From: the human T2T-CHM13v2.0 reference genome, Homo sapiens
Direction: 5' to 3' (one strand)
Length of the DNA: 64,000 bases
NCBI RefSeq assembly: GCF_009914755.1
Contig: NC_060931.1
The first letter of the stretch is position 1, and each line of letters starts with the position of its first letter. The translations under genes and the position numbers were made by a program. Positions 59,580 through 64,000 of this stretch are shown one piece after another. The notes below the pieces were generated by a model, which made no database searches, was not told the DNA's origin, and saw nothing but the letters and a program-made list of their open reading frames with translations.

Positions 59580-59696
59580 TCATAACAGGCGGTGTGTGCT
59601 GCCAGATACCAGCCAAAGTAGTAGAAACTGGATTCCAATGATATACCACAGGGAGGGATTTAATCCAGAAACACCACCACAGTCAGTATAATCCTC
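59580..59696 (-). CDS. CACNA2D1: Terminal coding exon of voltage-gated calcium channel subunit alpha2delta-1 (GPI-signal / membrane-anchor segment)
   Basis: Strong acceptor ttctgttcttttctttttttttaacaacag at 59697; phase-0 translation EDYTDCGGVSGLNPSLWYIIGIQFLLLWLVSGSTHRLL-TGA, recognised as the human alpha2delta-1 C-terminus. Confidence 0.97.
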   Translation of the reverse strand, partial: EDYTDCGGVSGLNPSLWYIIGIQFLLLWLVSGSTHRLL

Positions 59697-60534
59697 CTGT
59701 TGTTAAAAAAAAAAGAAAAGAACAGAAAAAGAAAAATCTAAAAATCTTGAAAAATATTTAGTAACACATCTTTCAGAGTAATCCATATTTAGTTCACTTT
59801 CTGAACTTACCTTATAAAACTGCTGTAATTGAAATCCAAAGAAATTACTTTCTCCTAGATTTTATCATTGAGGAATTTCCCTAGCATCATTTGACAAATG
59901 CTTTAAATTTTTAGTTGTAGCTTTTGATGATTATGAAAGAAAATAATAAATGCTGTTTGAATAATATACTAATTTTAAAGAAAAAACTTTCACAGTATCA
60001 AAAATCCTATATATTTATAAATGCAAGAAATAAATGTAAAATTTAATAGTAGGTTTTATAATTCCCAAGAATTATGATTTTAGCAACTATGCTCCATATG
60101 GTAAAGTTGGGGACTGGTAAAATAAATACATTTCCATTTCCCATATTTCTTATACAATTTATAAGGCTCAACATAGAGTGCAATCATAGCATCTGGACCT
60201 TCATCAAGAATTAAAGTAAAATGGGAATAATGTATTTGAACCATTGTTTATGTTGGTTCAAATACATTATTTGGACACATATAGGATTTTGCTTTGCAAA
60301 TATATATCCAAAATAGAGAGCTAAGCTAGGAAGAGATTTGTCTTGAGACAACCAAGAAATATTAGAATGAATATACTCCCATTAACTCCCCACAGTCTAG
60401 TGGTAGCTCATTTAGTTCCCTCTTAATGCAAAAGTATTATTCATCTTTTATTCCTAGGTTCTATATTTGATAACATTGTCCACATCCTTTAATTCCTTTT
60501 AACATAGTGAATTTCATTTTTAAAAACCTCCTTA

Positions 60535-61370
60535 TTATTTTTAAATTTTATTTCAATAGATTTTGGGGAACAGGTGGTTTTGGTTACATGGATAATTCTT
60601 TAGTGGTGATTTCTGAGATTTTGGTGCACCTGTCACCCAAGCAATGTACAATGCACCGAATGTATGTAGTACTTTATCCCTTACTCCCATTCCTCCCAAG
60701 TCCCCAAAGTCCATTATATCATTCTTATGCCTCTGCATCCTTATAGCTTAGCTCCCACTTAGAAGTTAGAACATACAATATTTGGTTTTCCATTCATGAG
60801 TTACTTCCCTTAGAAAAATGGTCTCCAACTCCATCTAGGTTGCTGCAAATGCCATTATTTCATTCCTTTTTATGGCTGAGGTGTATTCCATGTTGTATAT
60901 ATACCACATTTTCTTTAATCATTGGTTGATGGACATTTAGGTTGGTTCCACATTTTTGCAATTTTGAATTGTGCTGCTATAAACATGCATGCGCAAGTGT
61001 CTTTTTCATAAAATGACTTCTTTTCCTCAGGGTAGATACACAGCAGTGGGACTACTGGATCAAATGGTAGTTCTACTTTTCATTCTTTAAGGAATCACCA
61101 TACTGTTTTCCATAGTGGTTGTATTAGCTTACATTCCCACCAGCAGTGTACAAAGTGTTTTTTTTTTTTTTTTTTTTTTTAACCACATCCATTATTTTTT
61201 TATTATGGCCATTAGTGCAGGAGTAAGGTGGTATCACATTGTGGTTTTAACATGCATTTCCCTGATAATTAGTGATGTTGAGCAATTTTTCATATGTTTT
61301 GGCCATTTGTATATCATTTTTTGAGAACTGTCTATTCATGTTTTTTGCCCACTTTCTGATGGGATTATTT
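60535..61370 (-). mobile_element. 5'-truncated L1PB1-like 3' end, sense to CACNA2D1
   Basis: Same 3'UTR type as the element at 5760 (tagtggtgatttctgag, aagtccccaaagtccatta). Confidence 0.87.
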
Positions 61371-61689
61371 GAAAGACCATATATTTAAACATCTTTAAAG
61401 AATCTGCTAATCCAAGGTAGATGTTCTAAGAATCAAAATAATAGGTTGAACAATTTTCTTTCAGGATAATTTTACAAAGATTCTAAGCTCCCAAAGAATA
61501 AGAACTTTGGCTCTTTTTGTTCACCAGGATTTAATACAGTGCTGCCACACAGTAAATAAAATTATTTCTTTAATTGTATTTTAAGGCAGCAGAACTATTT
61601 TGTTAAGAAGAAAGAAAGCTGGGAGAAAAGAATCTATGAAAAAATTTTAGTTTCAATCAATTTACATCCCAAATCTAAATAGAATCATA

Positions 61690-62695
61690 AAATAATCAAT
61701 TCTTAGTCTTCATCCTCTTTGACCTTTCAGAAGCATTTGACAAATATATGACATTGTCTCCTTGAAATACGTTCTCATGTACCTTTGGCTAATGTACTCT
61801 TCTGGTTTTTCTTGAAACTTGTTTGTGTCTCTCTCCTTGGCTTGACCTCCTTTCTTTCATGCTCTCTAAAATGTTAGACTTTTCCAGGTGTTACTTCTCT
61901 CTCCTTTCTTCTTCTTCCTTTACACTTTGTTCCTAGATGATCTAATCCCCAGTCCTATGGCTTTAATTTCATCCGTTTCCTAATAACTCACTCTTTTGTA
62001 TGTTCAATCCTGTATTCTCCTCTGGTCTGTGTATTCATTGATCTCTACCTTTCTCCTCTTGTATGTCTCATAGGGATTTCAAACTTGACTTGCCTTGCCC
62101 CTAATATAATTCTTCTGGTATCAGTAAATATCTGGTACCAGTAAATAGCATGGCATGATCTTGACCTCCCTGGGCTCAGGTGGTCCTCCCACCTCAGCCT
62201 CCCAAGTAGCTGGGACTATAGATGTGCACCACCACACCTGTCTAATTTTTTATATTTTTTGCAGAGTGGGGGTTTCAGCTGGGAATCCATCCTCTAACTC
62301 TACCTTCAAAATACATCCCCAAACTTACTGCTTGTCACTACTGCAGGTCCAAGTCACCATTACTTCTTGCTTCCACTTTTGCAAAAGCTGTCTCACTTGT
62401 CCCATGGCTTCTACTCTGCCCTTTTATAAACGCTTCTCCAAAAAGCAGTCTTCTTAACACCACACATTCTTTCACTCCCTGCTTGACATTTCTCATCATT
62501 CTCAGAGCAAAATCTACATTCTTTATTGAGGTCTACAAAGCCTTATGAGGTCTGGAGCCTGGCTGTCTCATCTTCCCACCTTCTCCTCTCCCGCCTACTC
62601 ACTCTGCTTCAGTAACACTGGCTTTCTCTGCAACAGGCCAAGCTGTTTACTGCCTTTGCATTTGTTCTTTTTGTTCAGATGCTTTTCTCTCCAGG
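61690..62695 (+). mobile_element. L2 fragment with RT remnant
   Basis: ttagtcttcatcctctttgacctttcagaagcatttgac translates LVFILFDLSEAFD (L2 DLSAAFD motif). Confidence 0.78.
62151..62277 (-). mobile_element. Internal AluJ-like fragment lacking both ends
   Basis: cctcccacctcagcctcccaagtagctgggacta plus linker; no tail or TSD. Confidence 0.85.
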
Positions 62696-64000
62696 TAGGG
62701 TAAACAGATAAAAAACAGGGTACCAGTAACAATTGAATATCAGATTAAAAAAAAAACAAATACTTTATATAAATGTATTTCATACACAGAAGAGTGGCTA
62801 GATACATAGCAACGATTTGATAAATGAAGAGTAGGTACTCAATAAAGCAGCACACATGGACTGGTTAGAAACACTATGAGGTATTAACTTAAAGAAGTCA
62901 TTGTCACTTAAACAGGAGTACTCCCCAGTTATGATTAAGTGTTAATTTGAATAAAAATTACCACACAAGACCCATTTGTGTATTAATAACATATTTTGTC
63001 ATCTTTATACTCTACAAATGTGTTATGGAAAGAAAAATATTCTCTTTGGCCCTTATTTCACTGTTTTTATTTTTATATATAATTTTTGTTTAATTTCCTC
63101 TGTGTGATGATGAGATATGTCTGTTTCTATTTGGGAGGTGGTAGTTTAGATAAGTTATTTGGGCTCCCTGTGGTGTGCATGTCAGTTCACACTGAAAAAT
63201 GTGTCTTTTAAGTTTCCTGATCATGTCTTCCCAAGCATTTTGCATGGTGCAAGTCCATGTAATGTATTTCATAGAATCATTTCAAGTCTTATTATGGCAT
63301 ACATTCTACACAAATGCACTGATGTGGGAGGAACTCAGCATTATTTCTGTCCTATAGAGACTGAAATCCCACTGACACCATGACCAGATATAATAAATCG
63401 GTCTGATTTTTAAATGATTATTTAAGTAGAAAATAACAGATTGGTACTTTCAGTTTAGAACATTAAAATGGAAAAAGAATGCAGTGCCAATATTATATAT
63501 ATATTTATTTTAAAATATGATAAAACTAATTTTATTAGACTTCCTTATAGGGGAACCTCCCTTAAAAGACTGTGTTATTAAAGATATCAACTAAGAATTC
63601 TTTATTCCTTTCTCATTACTCTTTAAAAAATCTAAACCATAGTAAAATTCATATGGTTTTTGCCCCAAAGTTTTCTTCATACAGCATGCGTTACCAGTGG
63701 CTAAAATCTTTTGAAGTTACTGTTGCTAAACTCTTACTCTGCCTTTCTTTCCCCATTCAGAACCTGGGACAACTAATTGCATACAGTACAAGCTTAATAA
63801 TTTTTAATTTATTAAATTTAGAAGTACATGTTTCAAAAGAAAATGTTCTGGTCATTTGGCTAAAAGGTTTTTGATCTTTTTTTCTGAATTATAGCCATCA
63901 TTTAATTTCCTTCAAAATGCAAATCGCTGGTGAAGACAGCCATCAAATCATGGACTAACTTTTGAATTCAGGTAAGTCTGTACTAAAGTTACCACCAGCA

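Larger units (their letters stand above)
59697..64000 (-). other. CACNA2D1: Last intron of CACNA2D1 (partial)
   Basis: Upstream of the acceptor; no further alpha2delta-1 coding sequence recognised. Confidence 0.88.

Overview
Human genomic DNA, AT-rich and dense in repeats. The only supportable coding sequence is the terminal exon of CACNA2D1 (calcium-channel alpha2delta-1) on the minus strand. It encodes EDYTDCGGVSGLNPSLWYIIGIQFLLLWLVSGSTHRLL* at 59696-59580 and is too short for the ORF track. It is followed by a ~3.95 kb 3'UTR with no recognisable transposon, ending near 55632, and preceded by last-intron sequence up to the window end. From memory this places the window on chr7q21.11 between HGF and CACNA2D1 (not verified). 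Bases 1-30.3 kb are almost entirely nested L1, Alu and LTR elements, and many target-site duplications (TSDs) can be read directly. Bases 30-55 kb mix unique sequence with older L2, MIR, MLT and LTR elements. The ORF-track entries are repeat remnants or chance ORFs. I found no convincing new multi-gene system. The best unexplained signals are: (1) a diverged ~220-bp direct duplication (34.2 and 36.9 kb) with a conserved motif-bearing core; (2) a templated insertion inside an old L1 that preserves sequence missing from its donor; (3) a twin-primed L1 with a ~2 kb gap; (4) features that could change the alpha2delta-1 C-terminus or UTR (a repeated AATAAAAGTT, a sense intronic L1 poly(A) signal, UGA-C readthrough, miR-103/107 and miR-15/16 sites). 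Repeat subfamily names come from recalled consensus sequences and need RepeatMasker confirmation.
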